Shown here: piece after piece, positions 9,937 to 19,842 of the stretch
Numbering within the stretch: the first letter of the stretch is position 1
How the letters are laid out: each line of letters begins with the position of its first letter
NCBI GenBank assembly: GCA_963736005.1
Contig: CAVTNB010000003.1
Location: forward strand, 352,001 to 416,000
Direction of reading: 5' to 3'
Length of the DNA: 64,000 nucleotides
DNA from: an uncultured Pseudomonadota bacterium
GTDB lineage: Bacteria; Vulcanimicrobiota; Vulcanimicrobiia; Eremiobacterales; Eremiobacteraceae
The notes under the pieces: model-generated
What the model was told of the DNA's origin: nothing
The model's input: the letters and a program-made list of their open reading frames with translations, nothing else
Databases searched by the model: none
Translations under genes and position numbers: made by a program

Positions 9937-10978
9937 GCCCACCAAATAAGCTGGTTTGAAGAACGTCGTGAGGGGCAAAGTTACTGACGCGCACGCCGAT
10001 GAGCCGGACGGGCCGGCTGATGTCGAGGCGCCGCAGACAATGCTGCGCCGCCTCAGCGATGCTGCCGGCATCTTCGATCGGTTCGAAAAACGACGTTTGG
10101 CGGCCCATGACCCGCCAATCGGAAAATTTGACTTTGATCCCTACCGTGTGAGCGCGAATCTGCTTGCGTTGCAACCGGTCAGCAAGTTCGACGGCTTGCG
10201 TTGTAATGATCCGCTCGAGCGCGCCCACGTCGGCGACGTCTTGTTCGAACGTTTCCTCGCTCGAAATCGAACGAACCTCCCAGTCGTCGACGACCGGTCG
10301 CGGATCGATGCCGCGCGCAAGGTCGCGAAGCTCGTTGCCCCAGCGCCCAAACAATTGGTGTAGCCGCGCATCGGGGAGCGCGGCGATGTCACCGATAAGC
10401 TCGAGCCCGTGCGAGCGCAATCGCTGTTCTGTTTTCGGACCAATTCCCCACAAGCGGCGGACAGGCTTGGGCGCGAGATACGCTGCTTCGGTGCCGGGTC
10501 GTACCGAAACCAGACCGTCGGGCTTCCCCTCGTCACTGGCAATCTTCGCGACCATTTTTCCGCAGGCAATGCCTACCGACACGGTCAGTGAGGTCGCTTT
10601 GCAAACTTGTGCCTTGACCTCGCGCGCCACGGCGATGGCTGCGTCCAGCTCCAAATCGCCGATATCCAAGAACGCCTCGTCCAGGGACAGTCCCTCCACG
10701 ACTCGCGCGTGCTGTTTGAAAATGCCGAAGACAACAGTGCTTGCCTCGTGATACTTGGCGAAATCCGGAGCGGCGATGACAAGGTTCGGGCAGCGCTCCT
10801 TGGCCTGGTAGAGCGGCAAGGCGCTGTGAATGCCAAACTTGCGCGCCTCGTAGGAGGCAGTGAGCACGACGGCGCGCCGACTTCTGCCTGCAACCACGAG
10901 AGGCTTGCCGCGGAGCGAGGGATCGTCTCGTTGCGCAACGCTAGCATAGAAGGCATCGAGGTCGGCGTGAACGATCAT
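9920..10978 (-). CDS. dinB: DNA polymerase IV (Y family)
   Basis: HADLDAFYASV, ASYEARKFG, SLDEAFLD, AKIASD..KPDG. Confidence 0.96.
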   Translation of the reverse strand: MIVHADLDAFYASVAQRDDPSLRGKPLVVAGRSRRAVVLTASYEARKFGIHSALPLYQAKERCPNLVIAAPDFAKYHEASTVVFGIFKQHARVVEGLSLDEAFLDIGDLELDAAIAVAREVKAQVCKATSLTVSVGIACGKMVAKIASDEGKPDGLVSVRPGTEAAYLAPKPVRRLWGIGPKTEQRLRSHGLELIGDIAALPDARLHQLFGRWGNELRDLARGIDPRPVVDDWEVRSISSEETFEQDVADVGALERIITTQAVELADRLQRKQIRAHTVGIKVKFSDWRVMGRQTSFFEPIEDAGSIAEAAQHCLRRLDISRPVRLIGVRVSNFAPHDVLQTSLFGGHGSQT

Positions 10979-11943
10979 GAGACGGCTTTGAGTTTCTTGT
11001 CGCCGTTCGGCGGCACTTCCCACCAAGCCAGGCGCGGCTCCCAACGCTCGAACCAATACACGAGCGACTGCCACTTCCCATACCGCGCAAAACGCCGGCG
11101 GATTTGCTTCTCAGTTGGCCGCTTGCCGCGGAAGAAATGACGCTGGGCGTACGCGTAGGTGGCGCTGTCAACCGGCAAGTGATCGTAGTGGCCGAGCAGG
11201 TTCATCAAAAAGTGCGCGGATGACTTGCCAATACCGCGCAGGGCGACCAGCGCTGCGAATAATTCCTTTTCGGTCATCTTAGGCGAAGCAGCATCCAAGC
11301 TGTCCAGATCGATTTCGCCCGACTTGTGCTGCCGAGCCAACTCCATGATATAGGGAGCGCGGTAGCCCGCCCGGACGACGTCGCGCAAGAAACGTTCGCC
11401 CGCTCTTACAACTTGACCGGGCGTTGGCCACGCTCGTAAGGTTGGGTCCGCGGGCGCGGGCTCGCCAAGCTGCGCGAGACGATTGCTCATCGTGACGGCT
11501 TGGCGCCAATTGACGTTTGTGCTCAGGACGGTCTTGATGACATCCTCCCAGAGTGAAGGCGCGCGCATGCACCGGCCCGCACCGAGGCGGCGGGCTTCGC
11601 GCAAATCCGGCACCGTGCGACACAGCGCATAAAACGGTTGCAGTCCCTCGTCGGCGCGCAGTATGACGGCAACCCTTCGGGCCATCTCAGTGGCCACCCC
11701 CGGATCGTCCGCCCCTTCCCCGATCACGGTCAGGCTGACATCTTTATGGTTGGCGCGCTTCGACGCCCCTTCTTCCATTCGCACGACCATGACTCTGCCG
11801 TCGTGCAATCGCTCCGCACGCACGAGCACGTGCTGATCTTGAAGCCAGCGGAAGGGCTCTGTTTGGTACCAGCCGTGCGAAACGACCGTGGAAAAAAGGC
11901 TGAAGGGTTTGCGAATCTGCACTCGCGCCGTGGCGGTTTCCAT
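10975..11943 (-). CDS. HhH-GPD DNA glycosylase (AlkA/Ogg-like)
   Basis: LWEDVIKTVLSTN, WPTP, GYRAPYI, LRGIGKSSA helix-hairpin-helix, LPVDS. Confidence 0.85.
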   Translation of the reverse strand: METATARVQIRKPFSLFSTVVSHGWYQTEPFRWLQDQHVLVRAERLHDGRVMVVRMEEGASKRANHKDVSLTVIGEGADDPGVATEMARRVAVILRADEGLQPFYALCRTVPDLREARRLGAGRCMRAPSLWEDVIKTVLSTNVNWRQAVTMSNRLAQLGEPAPADPTLRAWPTPGQVVRAGERFLRDVVRAGYRAPYIMELARQHKSGEIDLDSLDAASPKMTEKELFAALVALRGIGKSSAHFLMNLLGHYDHLPVDSATYAYAQRHFFRGKRPTEKQIRRRFARYGKWQSLVYWFERWEPRLAWWEVPPNGDKKLKAVS

Positions 11944-12023
11944 GCACAGCAGCTTGGTTGACGGATACGGGTTTACCCTGCCTTGCGCAGGCTCACCTCA
12001 AAGACGGCGGGAAGCCATCTTGC

Positions 12024-13016
12024 ATGAGCTCAAAGGGAGACGAAGCGAAAGCCCACGGTCGCGTCCCTGAGCTGGCCCGCAAAGTTGTCGAGCACGACTG
12101 GCGCGCATTGGCCAGAGCGATCACCGCCATTGAGAATGAAGACCGCGACGCCGTCTCGTTGTCTGCGGCGCTGTATCCGCACACCGGCCACGCACAAATC
12201 ATTGGCGTCACGGGGCCGCCGGGCTCGGGAAAATCAACGCTCGTCGATGCGCTGACGGCTGTTATTCGCAAGGACGGCCGATCGGTTGGCGTCATTGCGG
12301 TCGATCCATCAAGCCCGTTTACCGGTGGAGCAGTTCTCGGCGACCGCGTTCGCATGCAGCGCCACGCAGGTGATTCAGGCGTCTTTATCCGCAGCATGGC
12401 GGCTCGCCACACTCCCGGCGGCCTCGCTCCCACCACTCGAGACGTCATCCGCGCGCTCGATGCGTTTGGCTGCGACGTCATTCTCGTTGAGACAGTTGGC
12501 GTTGGTCAAGTTGAATTGGAAATCATGAAGGTCGCCGATACGGTCTTGGTCGTCACCGTGCCCGGTCTGGGCGACAGCGTGCAAACAATTAAAGCGGGTC
12601 TGCTTGAGATAGCGGATTGTTTTGTCGTGAACATGGCCGACCGGCCCGGGTCGGCGCTGACCGTGGCGGATCTGCGAGCGATGCTCACGCTCGGTGGCGC
12701 TGAGGAGCGCCGCAGGCGTTGGGTTCCTCCGATCATCGAAACGGTTGCGTTGACCGGTCAAGGAGTCGACAAGGTTTGGGATGCCTGCCAGCGCCACCGC
12801 CAGGTCCTCGACGCCGACGAGCTCATGGGCCGCTCGCGAGACCGCTTGCGCGACGAAGTGCTCGAAGCGGTCACGCGCGGGCTGGGATCGTATGTCAATG
12901 AAGCGTTGTCACGTAACGGTTCGATGGATAGTATTCTCGCGGCCGTGTTGCGCAGAGAGCTCGATCCAAAAACCGCAGCGCAGCAGATCATCGCGGAGCA
13001 CCTCAAAAGGCCCTAG
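12024..13016 (+). CDS. meaB: Methylmalonyl-CoA mutase-associated GTPase MeaB/ArgK
   Basis: GVTGPPGSGKST, AVDPSSPFTGGAVLGDRVRM, FIRSMA, ETVGVGQ, IKAGLLEIAD. Confidence 0.95.
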   Translation: MSSKGDEAKAHGRVPELARKVVEHDWRALARAITAIENEDRDAVSLSAALYPHTGHAQIIGVTGPPGSGKSTLVDALTAVIRKDGRSVGVIAVDPSSPFTGGAVLGDRVRMQRHAGDSGVFIRSMAARHTPGGLAPTTRDVIRALDAFGCDVILVETVGVGQVELEIMKVADTVLVVTVPGLGDSVQTIKAGLLEIADCFVVNMADRPGSALTVADLRAMLTLGGAEERRRRWVPPIIETVALTGQGVDKVWDACQRHRQVLDADELMGRSRDRLRDEVLEAVTRGLGSYVNEALSRNGSMDSILAAVLRRELDPKTAAQQIIAEHLKRP

Positions 13017-13044
13017 CGAAATGCCCTCCCCGATCGCCCAACAT

Positions 13045-13098
13045 GGGCGACTTGACAGTCGGCCACTACATGTAGCAGCGGACCTTTAGGGCCGCTCG
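13045..13098. repeat. Back-to-back REP-like palindromes (D and C)
   Basis: gggcgacttgacagtcggccactac-at-gtagcagcggacctttagggccgct. Confidence 0.8.
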
Positions 13099-13189
13099 CT
13101 CGCCGGCTTCCGTGATGTGGAATGAGTCTTCCGCCTCATGGTTTAGTTATCGCGATTTGCGGTATATGGTAACCAGGAGGGCCCAACCC

Positions 13190-13369
13190 ATGTTGTCGCT
13201 TCCAATCGAATTGACGCGCGAACTCACAGAAGATGACGTGCTTCGAGTCGACCCGGTCGCAGAATACGACCGCCGGCTTGTCTGGCGCACCTGGGCTGAC
13301 CGGCTCTTTGCGCAAAACGGCGACGGCGTGGACGAGGTGCTCGAGCGCGGTCGACCGACCGGGCCCTAG
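13190..13369 (+). CDS. Small hypothetical protein (59 aa)
   Basis: AGGAGG RBS at 13175; MLSLPIELTRELTEDDVLRVDPVAEYDRRLVWRTWADRLF... Confidence 0.6.
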   Translation: MLSLPIELTRELTEDDVLRVDPVAEYDRRLVWRTWADRLFAQNGDGVDEVLERGRPTGP

Positions 13370-13371
13370 GT

Positions 13372-14745
13372 TTAGATTTCGACCACTTCACCCGGCCTTG
13401 CCGGGCTTGCTTCCAAACCATACTGATCGTGCACCGCGGCGGCGAGTGACGCCGCCGCGGCGGGGTCGGCGTGCACCAAGAACGTTTGCGGCTTGCTCTG
13501 AAAATTCCCAAACCAACGTAAGAGTTCGTTTCGATCGGCATGCGCAGAAAATCCGTCGATCTGAACGACGTTGGCTTTGACGTCCACCGGCACGCCGAAA
13601 ATCATCACCCGTTTTTGTCCCTGGAGCAATTGCTGGCCGAGCGTTCCCGGCGATTGGAACCCAACGAAACACATCGTGTCGTTGGGCCGCGGCAAGCGAT
13701 TGCGAAGATGATGCAGCACGCGCCCACCGGCTGCCATCCCGCTCGATGCAATGATGATCCCATTTGATTGGATGTCGTTCAATTTGATTGAATCTTGTTG
13801 CGACTGGACGTTCGTCACGTTGCGAGCGCCGATATTTTTATCTCCCGAACCGAAGCGTGCTCGCAGATCGAAGCGCATGGCTTCCGGATGCCGCTCCATG
13901 ATAGCATCCGCTGCTATTCCCATTGGACTGTCCACGTAAATTGGGACGTTTGAAATTTTCGATCCAGCCTGAAGCTGACCGATGGCGTACAGGATCTCTT
14001 GCGTCCTGCCGACCGCAAACGAGGGGATGACGAGCACGCCGTTGCGCTGTTGCGCAGCGTTGATCACGTTGCATAAGTCATCTTGCGGGTCATTTTGCGG
14101 GTGCAATCGATCACCGTAGGTTGACTCGCACAAGACGACATTCGCCTGCGCCACGGGCGATGGATCGCACAGGAGCGGTCTTCCGTAGCGCCCGAGGTCT
14201 CCTGAAAAGACTAGCGTGTGTTGGTCGAAGAAAATCTCCATGATTGCCGAGCCCAAAATGTGCCCCGCGTCGCTGTAGCGGAAGCGACAGCCAGCAATAT
14301 CCTGACGCATCTCAGCATACGCCACGTGCGAAAAGAGCGGCACAACTTGGTCGACGTCTTCGCTTGTGTACAGCGGCGTCGCGTGCAAGCCGCGGTCGGG
14401 ATGCCGCTTGGCCCGCGCTGCTTCGTCTTCTTGCAACCCCGCGGAATCCCGCAAGACAAGTTCGGCGACATCGGCGGTCGCCGGGGTGCAGTAGATCGGC
14501 TTATGAAACCCTTCCGCAACCAACGCCGGCAGATAACCGCAATGATCGAGGTGCGCATGCGACAACAGCACGGCATCCAGAGTCTTTGGATCCACCGGTG
14601 GGGCCGTCCAATTGCGCTGCGTGAGGTCGTGCGAGCCTTGGTACAAACCGCAATCCAGCAGCACGCGTGCGCCGCTGTCGGTCTCGAGGAGATGTTTGCT
14701 CCCGGTTACGACTCCCGCTGCCCCGATGAAGGTGATCCGGCCCAT
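13372..14745 (-). CDS. MBL-fold beta-CASP RNA-metabolising hydrolase
   Basis: VTGSKHL, DCGLYQG, SHAHLDHCG, AGHILGS, FSGDLG, ESTYG, FAVGRTQE, FSAHAD. Confidence 0.93.
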   Translation of the reverse strand: MGRITFIGAAGVVTGSKHLLETDSGARVLLDCGLYQGSHDLTQRNWTAPPVDPKTLDAVLLSHAHLDHCGYLPALVAEGFHKPIYCTPATADVAELVLRDSAGLQEDEAARAKRHPDRGLHATPLYTSEDVDQVVPLFSHVAYAEMRQDIAGCRFRYSDAGHILGSAIMEIFFDQHTLVFSGDLGRYGRPLLCDPSPVAQANVVLCESTYGDRLHPQNDPQDDLCNVINAAQQRNGVLVIPSFAVGRTQEILYAIGQLQAGSKISNVPIYVDSPMGIAADAIMERHPEAMRFDLRARFGSGDKNIGARNVTNVQSQQDSIKLNDIQSNGIIIASSGMAAGGRVLHHLRNRLPRPNDTMCFVGFQSPGTLGQQLLQGQKRVMIFGVPVDVKANVVQIDGFSAHADRNELLRWFGNFQSKPQTFLVHADPAAAASLAAAVHDQYGLEASPARPGEVVEI

Positions 14746-15443
14746 CCCTGCTGCTCCCCCTCGTCCGCTTTCTCCTGAAACACGGACGGATGTTTGTAGT
14801 GTTCTGTTTGATAAATCTCGACGCATCGTGCAACGAGCTTCGCGGGATCGTCTTCATAGACGAGCCGCGCACCCGTCTTCTTGCGGAGTCGTGGCACGAT
14901 ATCCGGGAGGTCGTCCGCAATGCCGTCGGTGTGCGCAAGGATGCCAATCAGCTTGCCTTCATCGTAGGCGATGGCGAATTCGCCGAGCGTTCCGGATCGG
15001 CCGCCCGCGATGATCACGATGTCCGATGAGTGAATGTTGTCGACCTCTCGTCCCATAAGGCCGCTGCCAGTATAAATGATCACGTCGTACTCGTCGACCG
15101 GCGATTCGTAGCGCAAGACGTGTTCGCTGCGCGAAAGCGCTGGCGAGATGCCGACCGACAGGCCTCCCGAAGCGTGAGCTCCTCGGGCGGTATCGTAGGG
15201 AAGTCCGGGGCAAGCGCCAGTGATGAGAACGCAGCCTGCTTTGGCGATAGCCACTCCGAGATCGTAGGCACGTTTGCGAACCTCGATGTCGAGCGCGCCT
15301 CCGGCGGAGCCCATCACTCCAATGGTTCGGACGGTCGGATCTTTGGTTGGGTCGTACGATTTGTCAACGTCGGGGCTGATGGGGCCCGAGTAGGGATGCG
15401 GTTCGCGGCGCGCGGGTTTGCCGCCATCTGGGGAGCTTGACAT
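14706..15443 (-). CDS. LOG-family/TIGR00725-like nucleotide-binding protein
   Basis: IGVMGS, LITGACPG, VGISP, GGRSGTLGEF. Confidence 0.85.
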   Translation of the reverse strand: MSSSPDGGKPARREPHPYSGPISPDVDKSYDPTKDPTVRTIGVMGSAGGALDIEVRKRAYDLGVAIAKAGCVLITGACPGLPYDTARGAHASGGLSVGISPALSRSEHVLRYESPVDEYDVIIYTGSGLMGREVDNIHSSDIVIIAGGRSGTLGEFAIAYDEGKLIGILAHTDGIADDLPDIVPRLRKKTGARLVYEDDPAKLVARCVEIYQTEHYKHPSVFQEKADEGEQQGWAGSPSSGQRES

Positions 15444-15521
15444 GACAAAGTCGCTTCGTTTCGACCTTGTCGCCTGCCTGCGGCGAGGCATCACCACGCA
15501 TTCGTCGTACTAACAAATTGG

Positions 15522-17342
15522 ATGCACACGCGTAGAGATATTCGCAATATCGGCATCGTCGCGCACGTTGACCACGGCAAGACCACGTTGGTCGATGCCA
15601 TGCTTCGTCAATCGGGGATCTTCCGCGACCCGACCTCCGCTGGCGAGCGCATCATGGACACCAATCCCATTGAGCGCGAGCGCGGGATCACAATCCTCGC
15701 AAAAAACACAGGCATCGTCTGGGACGGCATTAAGATCAACATCGTCGACACTCCAGGGCACGCGGATTTCGGTGGCGAGGTCGAGCGCGTGCTGCAGATG
15801 GTCAACGGTGTCCTGTTGCTCGTGGATGCGGCCGAGGGTCCCCTGCCGCAGACTCGCTTCGTCTTGCGTAAGGCGCTCGAGCAAGACTTGCCGGTCATCT
15901 TGGTCATCAACAAGATCGACCGCAAGGATGCCCGGCCGGTCGCAGTGCTCGATGAGGTGTTGGCGCTGTTCATCGACATCGGCTGCGCCGATCATCAACT
16001 TGATTTTCCCGTTGTGTACACAAACGCGCGCGAGGGGCTTGCGACGTATGACCTCCAGACGCCGGGCCGCGACATTCGGCCGCTCATGGAGACGATCATT
16101 CGGCATATTCCCGAGCCGCCAGGCGACGAGCACTCGCCATTCCAGATGCTGGTGTCCAACATCGATCATAATGAGTATGTGGGCCGTATTGCCATAGGCC
16201 GCATCTTCCGTGGCACGATTCATAAAGGTGAGCAGGTCGTGCGAATCAACCGCCAAGGTTCCACGTCGCACAGAGCCACCGCACTCTACGACTTCTTTGG
16301 TTTGCAGCGCAGGGAGCTCGAGGAAGCGAGCGCTGGCGACATCGTCGCGTTGGCCGGCATTGAGGGCATCAACATCACGGAAACGATCGCTGCCGGGGAA
16401 AACCCCGAAGCGGTCGACGCGGTCTTGGTTGACGAGCCGACCGTGTCAATTGATTTTCAAGTCAATACCTCACCGTTTGCCGGCCTTGAAGGCAAATACG
16501 TCACCAGTCGGCATCTGGGGGAGCGGCTCGCGAAGGAGCTGGAGAGTAATGTTGCGCTGCGCGTTGCACCAACCGCTTCTCCCGACACGTTTACTGTTTC
16601 CGGCCGAGGTGAACTGCATCTCTCCGTTCTCATTGAGACGATGCGCCGTGAGGGGTACGAACTCGCAATCTCCAAGCCACAGGTCATCGTCATCGAAAAA
16701 GATGGCAAGACGCTTGAACCCATTGAATACCTCGTGCTCGATGTGGCCGACGAGCATGCTGGTTCCGTGATCGAAGCGCTTGGCAAGCGCCGCGCAAAGT
16801 TGCTCAACATGCTCACGATCGGTTCCCAGCGCAGACTGGAGTACACGATCGCGACGCGCGCTCTCTTTGGGCTACGCGGCGAGCTCTTGACGCTTTCGCG
16901 CGGTACGGCCGTCATGAGCCATACCTATCACGATCATGAGAAGCAAGAGGCGCTCCCGGCCGATCGAGCGTTTGGCGCGCTCATCAGCGCGGAAACGGGT
17001 CTTGTGACCGCGTACGCGCTCGACAATTTGCAGCAACGAGGTCGCTTCTTCATCGGTCCGCAAACCCGGGTGTATGAGGGCATGGTCGTCGGCCGAGCCA
17101 ATAGCGAAGACGATATCACGGTCAACGTGTGCAAGATGAAGAAACTGACCAACATGCGTGCGGCGGGCTCTGACGATGCTCCGAACTTGGCGCCGCCCGA
17201 GGTGCTCACGCTCGAGCGGGCCCTCGAACTCATCCGCACCGACGAACTGATTGAAGTGACTCCGAAGTCGATCCGCTTGCGCAAGAAGCTTTTGACCGAG
17301 GATGCGCGGCGCAGAGCTTCCCGCGTCCACTCGCACACCTAG
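15522..17342 (+). CDS. typA: Translational GTPase TypA/BipA
   Basis: AHVDHGKTT, ERGITILAK, DTPGHADFGGEVER, GRGELHL, KKLTNMRA, EVTPKSIRLRK. Confidence 0.98.
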   Translation: MHTRRDIRNIGIVAHVDHGKTTLVDAMLRQSGIFRDPTSAGERIMDTNPIERERGITILAKNTGIVWDGIKINIVDTPGHADFGGEVERVLQMVNGVLLLVDAAEGPLPQTRFVLRKALEQDLPVILVINKIDRKDARPVAVLDEVLALFIDIGCADHQLDFPVVYTNAREGLATYDLQTPGRDIRPLMETIIRHIPEPPGDEHSPFQMLVSNIDHNEYVGRIAIGRIFRGTIHKGEQVVRINRQGSTSHRATALYDFFGLQRRELEEASAGDIVALAGIEGINITETIAAGENPEAVDAVLVDEPTVSIDFQVNTSPFAGLEGKYVTSRHLGERLAKELESNVALRVAPTASPDTFTVSGRGELHLSVLIETMRREGYELAISKPQVIVIEKDGKTLEPIEYLVLDVADEHAGSVIEALGKRRAKLLNMLTIGSQRRLEYTIATRALFGLRGELLTLSRGTAVMSHTYHDHEKQEALPADRAFGALISAETGLVTAYALDNLQQRGRFFIGPQTRVYEGMVVGRANSEDDITVNVCKMKKLTNMRAAGSDDAPNLAPPEVLTLERALELIRTDELIEVTPKSIRLRKKLLTEDARRRASRVHSHT

Positions 17343-17343
17343 C

Positions 17344-17425
17344 GTCGTCGCGCGAATTCATTCGCGCGGACCTTCGTCGCGAATAAATTCGCGATACTAC
17401 ATTGCGAATAAATTCGCGACACTAC
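17344..17425. repeat. Three family-B REP-like palindromes between convergent genes
   Basis: cgcgaattcattcgcg, cgcgaataaattcgcg, gcgaataaattcgcgacactac. Confidence 0.85.
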
Positions 17426-17751
17426 ATAGGTTGGATGTTGACGGCCGTGCCGTAACACACAACTTCGGTGACGCCATCCATGATGTCGTTCGTATCATAG
17501 CGCACGCCGATGATTCCGTTGCCGCCCATGGATTCCGCGTGCGACACCATTAACTCGTAAGCCTCGGTTCTCGCGTGCTCGCACAGCTCGGTGTACAGGG
17601 TGATATTGCCGCCTACCAGCGATTGAAAAGCAGCTCCAATGTTCCCAATGACGCTACGCGACCGAACGGTGATGCCGCGCACCATGCCAAGGTGCTTGAT
17701 GACCTTGTAACCCTCAAGCTCGAAACCGGTCGTCACGAGTGCGTTGTCCAT
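17422..17751 (-). CDS. YbjQ/UPF0145 family protein
   Basis: GMVRGITVRSR, GGNGIIGVRYD, EVVCYGTAV. Confidence 0.92.
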   Translation of the reverse strand: MDNALVTTGFELEGYKVIKHLGMVRGITVRSRSVIGNIGAAFQSLVGGNITLYTELCEHARTEAYELMVSHAESMGGNGIIGVRYDTNDIMDGVTEVVCYGTAVNIQPM

Positions 17752-17877
17752 GACAACATCCGCCTCTCTCCGTTACAGGAACGCGATTGAGTTCGCGCTG
17801 GTCCATTGGGCAAATAAGCTGGAAAAGCCGCTCGGGGGGCAGGAAATGACTCGCTGCGATGTCGCAACTAGGGGGCC

Positions 17878-18279
17878 ATGCCGGTTCATCCGATTCATCA
17901 TCTGGCTATAGGCACGGATGCGTTTAACGTCGCCAAGAAATTTTATGGCGCGCTCCTGCCTACTTTGGGTTTTGACCTCGTCTTTGAAAAAGACGACTCC
18001 TTCGGTTACCAACGCGAAGGCTTTGAAATCATCGTCCTCAAGGGAAAGAGTCTCCAAGAGGATCTTTTTGACGGCGAGCGCCGCGTCGGCTTCGACCATC
18101 TTGCTCTCAATGCGGACTCGCGCGCCAAAGTTGATGAGTGCGCCAAGATTCTCGACGAACTGGGCGCCGACATCGACGACCCGCCGGCCATCGTGAGCGA
18201 ACTAGGGGAAGACTACTACGCAATGTGGGTGCGCGATCCAAGCGGCTTGCGCATCGAAGTTGTCTATCAGGGAAGCTAA
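17878..18279 (+). CDS. VOC/glyoxalase family protein
   Basis: IHHLAI..KFY..LGF, GFDHLALNA, YYAMWVRDPSGLRIEVV. Confidence 0.9.
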   Translation: MPVHPIHHLAIGTDAFNVAKKFYGALLPTLGFDLVFEKDDSFGYQREGFEIIVLKGKSLQEDLFDGERRVGFDHLALNADSRAKVDECAKILDELGADIDDPPAIVSELGEDYYAMWVRDPSGLRIEVVYQGS

Positions 18280-18881
18280 AGAATCGAGACCTCGTCTCGA
18301 AACGCTTCAGGATACTGTTCCCTGACCTGATCCACGTACAGCACGCGAGATGGTAGCCTCCCGAACCTCAGGCGATCGTAGCGGGTAAACGCGCGCTCAA
18401 GCGCATCGAGCGCGTTCACGCCTTCCCGTAAACGCTCGCGCCATGAAGGTGAATCCGGCTGGGGCTGACTCATGAGCTCGCGAACCTCGCCGATGAGTTT
18501 GGTTTTGAGAACGATGTTCTCTGGAGTCACGTTCTTGAGACAGATACCGTAATGTCCATTGAGGTAGCCGAACCACGCAGCCTCAATCTCAGCATCGTCC
18601 AAAGAAAGACCTTCGTCCGTGGCTGCTTGAGTCAACCGCGTTTGGAACAGCAGCTGCATGGCATCGACGCTGCTCGCTTCTTCAAGCAATTGAAAGTAAT
18701 CGTGGGGGACCATCGGAGTGCCGTTTGGCAGCACATAGCTTGGCAGGGGCAGCCTTCCGGCGAGCATGAGAATTCGTACCTCGGCCTCTTTGAAGGAATG
18801 TTGCTCGCAGGCGTGAGCCAAGGTCTCGTACTGATTGCTCACATACGCAACATCTCTCTCGTCGAGTGGCATGCCCGTCAT
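18276..18881 (-). CDS. Conserved-looking hypothetical protein (resembles DUF6058-type proteins)
   Basis: AGRLPLPSYVLPNG..PHDYF, YLNGHYGICL, LDALERAF..YDRLRFG; ATGA coupling to the upstream regulator. Family name is from recollection only. Confidence 0.65.
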   Translation of the reverse strand: MTGMPLDERDVAYVSNQYETLAHACEQHSFKEAEVRILMLAGRLPLPSYVLPNGTPMVPHDYFQLLEEASSVDAMQLLFQTRLTQAATDEGLSLDDAEIEAAWFGYLNGHYGICLKNVTPENIVLKTKLIGEVRELMSQPQPDSPSWRERLREGVNALDALERAFTRYDRLRFGRLPSRVLYVDQVREQYPEAFRDEVSIL

Positions 18882-19582
18882 AGCGGACGTTGCCTCTCGA
18901 CAGAGATGCCGAAGCTCTTGAGAAGCCAGCGACCCCCATCGGCTGTGATCTTGAGCGAACGATTCGAGCGCGCCCGCGTGAACCAGCCTTGTTCGATCGT
19001 GCGATTGGCGAGCGCGGCGCCCAGTGCTCCACCAACATGGGGACGGCGCTCGCTCCAGTCGAGACATTGGGTGGCGAGCCTTCGGCGCGACTGCTCGAAC
19101 GGCTCGGACTCGACGCCAAACGCCACAAGCCACTTCATCCCTTTTTTGGTGATCTCGAAGTCGCGCCCGTGCGGCACGATGTAGGAGCGGTGCGCGAGCG
19201 CTTCGGTGATTCCCACGCCGATGTATCCCGCCAGATGATCGTAACACATCCGCGCGAGCTTCAACGCTGCAGATTCATCCGACTGACGCAGGGACACGAT
19301 CTGGTGCTCCGGACTTATAGCACCAAGCGCCTCGAGTGCGTGGCCGACCTTGGCATTGCCTAAACGATAGAGGCGGTAACGCCCGCTGCGCATCACCTTG
19401 GTGAGGCTGGCCTTGGTCAACTTCGCGAGGTGTGCACTGGCGGTTTGCGCAGAGACGCCGGCGCGCTCGGCAAGCATGGTCGCCGGATAGGCTTCACCGC
19501 TCATAAGCACCGACATCATCGCAGCCCGGGCGGGGTCCCCGATGAGACCGGCGACGACCGCAAGGTCAGGGCCGGCGATCAT
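18878..19582 (-). CDS. ArsR-family transcriptional regulator with C-terminal ARxCYDHLAG domain
   Basis: GDPARAAM, TASAHLAKL, GRYRLYRL, ARMCYDHLAG, CLDWSERRPHVGG. Confidence 0.9.
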   Translation of the reverse strand: MIAGPDLAVVAGLIGDPARAAMMSVLMSGEAYPATMLAERAGVSAQTASAHLAKLTKASLTKVMRSGRYRLYRLGNAKVGHALEALGAISPEHQIVSLRQSDESAALKLARMCYDHLAGYIGVGITEALAHRSYIVPHGRDFEITKKGMKWLVAFGVESEPFEQSRRRLATQCLDWSERRPHVGGALGAALANRTIEQGWFTRARSNRSLKITADGGRWLLKSFGISVERQRPL

Positions 19583-19665
19583 ACTTCGACCGGTAACGAA
19601 GTGTCTCCGTGGTATCATGAACGCATCTGCTCTGCTCGGTGCTGCGCTTCCTGCCGATGTGCGAA

Positions 19666-19842
19666 GGGCGACTTGACAGTCGCCCGCTACAGGTTCTCTG
19701 CTACATGGGAACTTGAGAGTCGCCCGCTACAGGTTCTCTGCTACATGGGAACTTGAGAGTCGCCCGCTACAAGTTCTCTGCTGGTTGGCAGGGGCGATTT
19801 GCCAATCGTCCCCTACGGGGTCAGCGGATCTAAAGATCCGCG
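19666..19842. repeat. 40-bp tandem repeat (~2.8 copies) built on a family-D REP, followed by A and C REPs
   Basis: Unit acttga(c/g)agtcgcccgctacaggttctctgctacatggga starting at 19671, 19711 and 19751. Confidence 0.9.

Noticed and set aside
19671..19782. CRISPR array
   Set aside because: Units are contiguous with no unique spacers, and no cas genes are in the window
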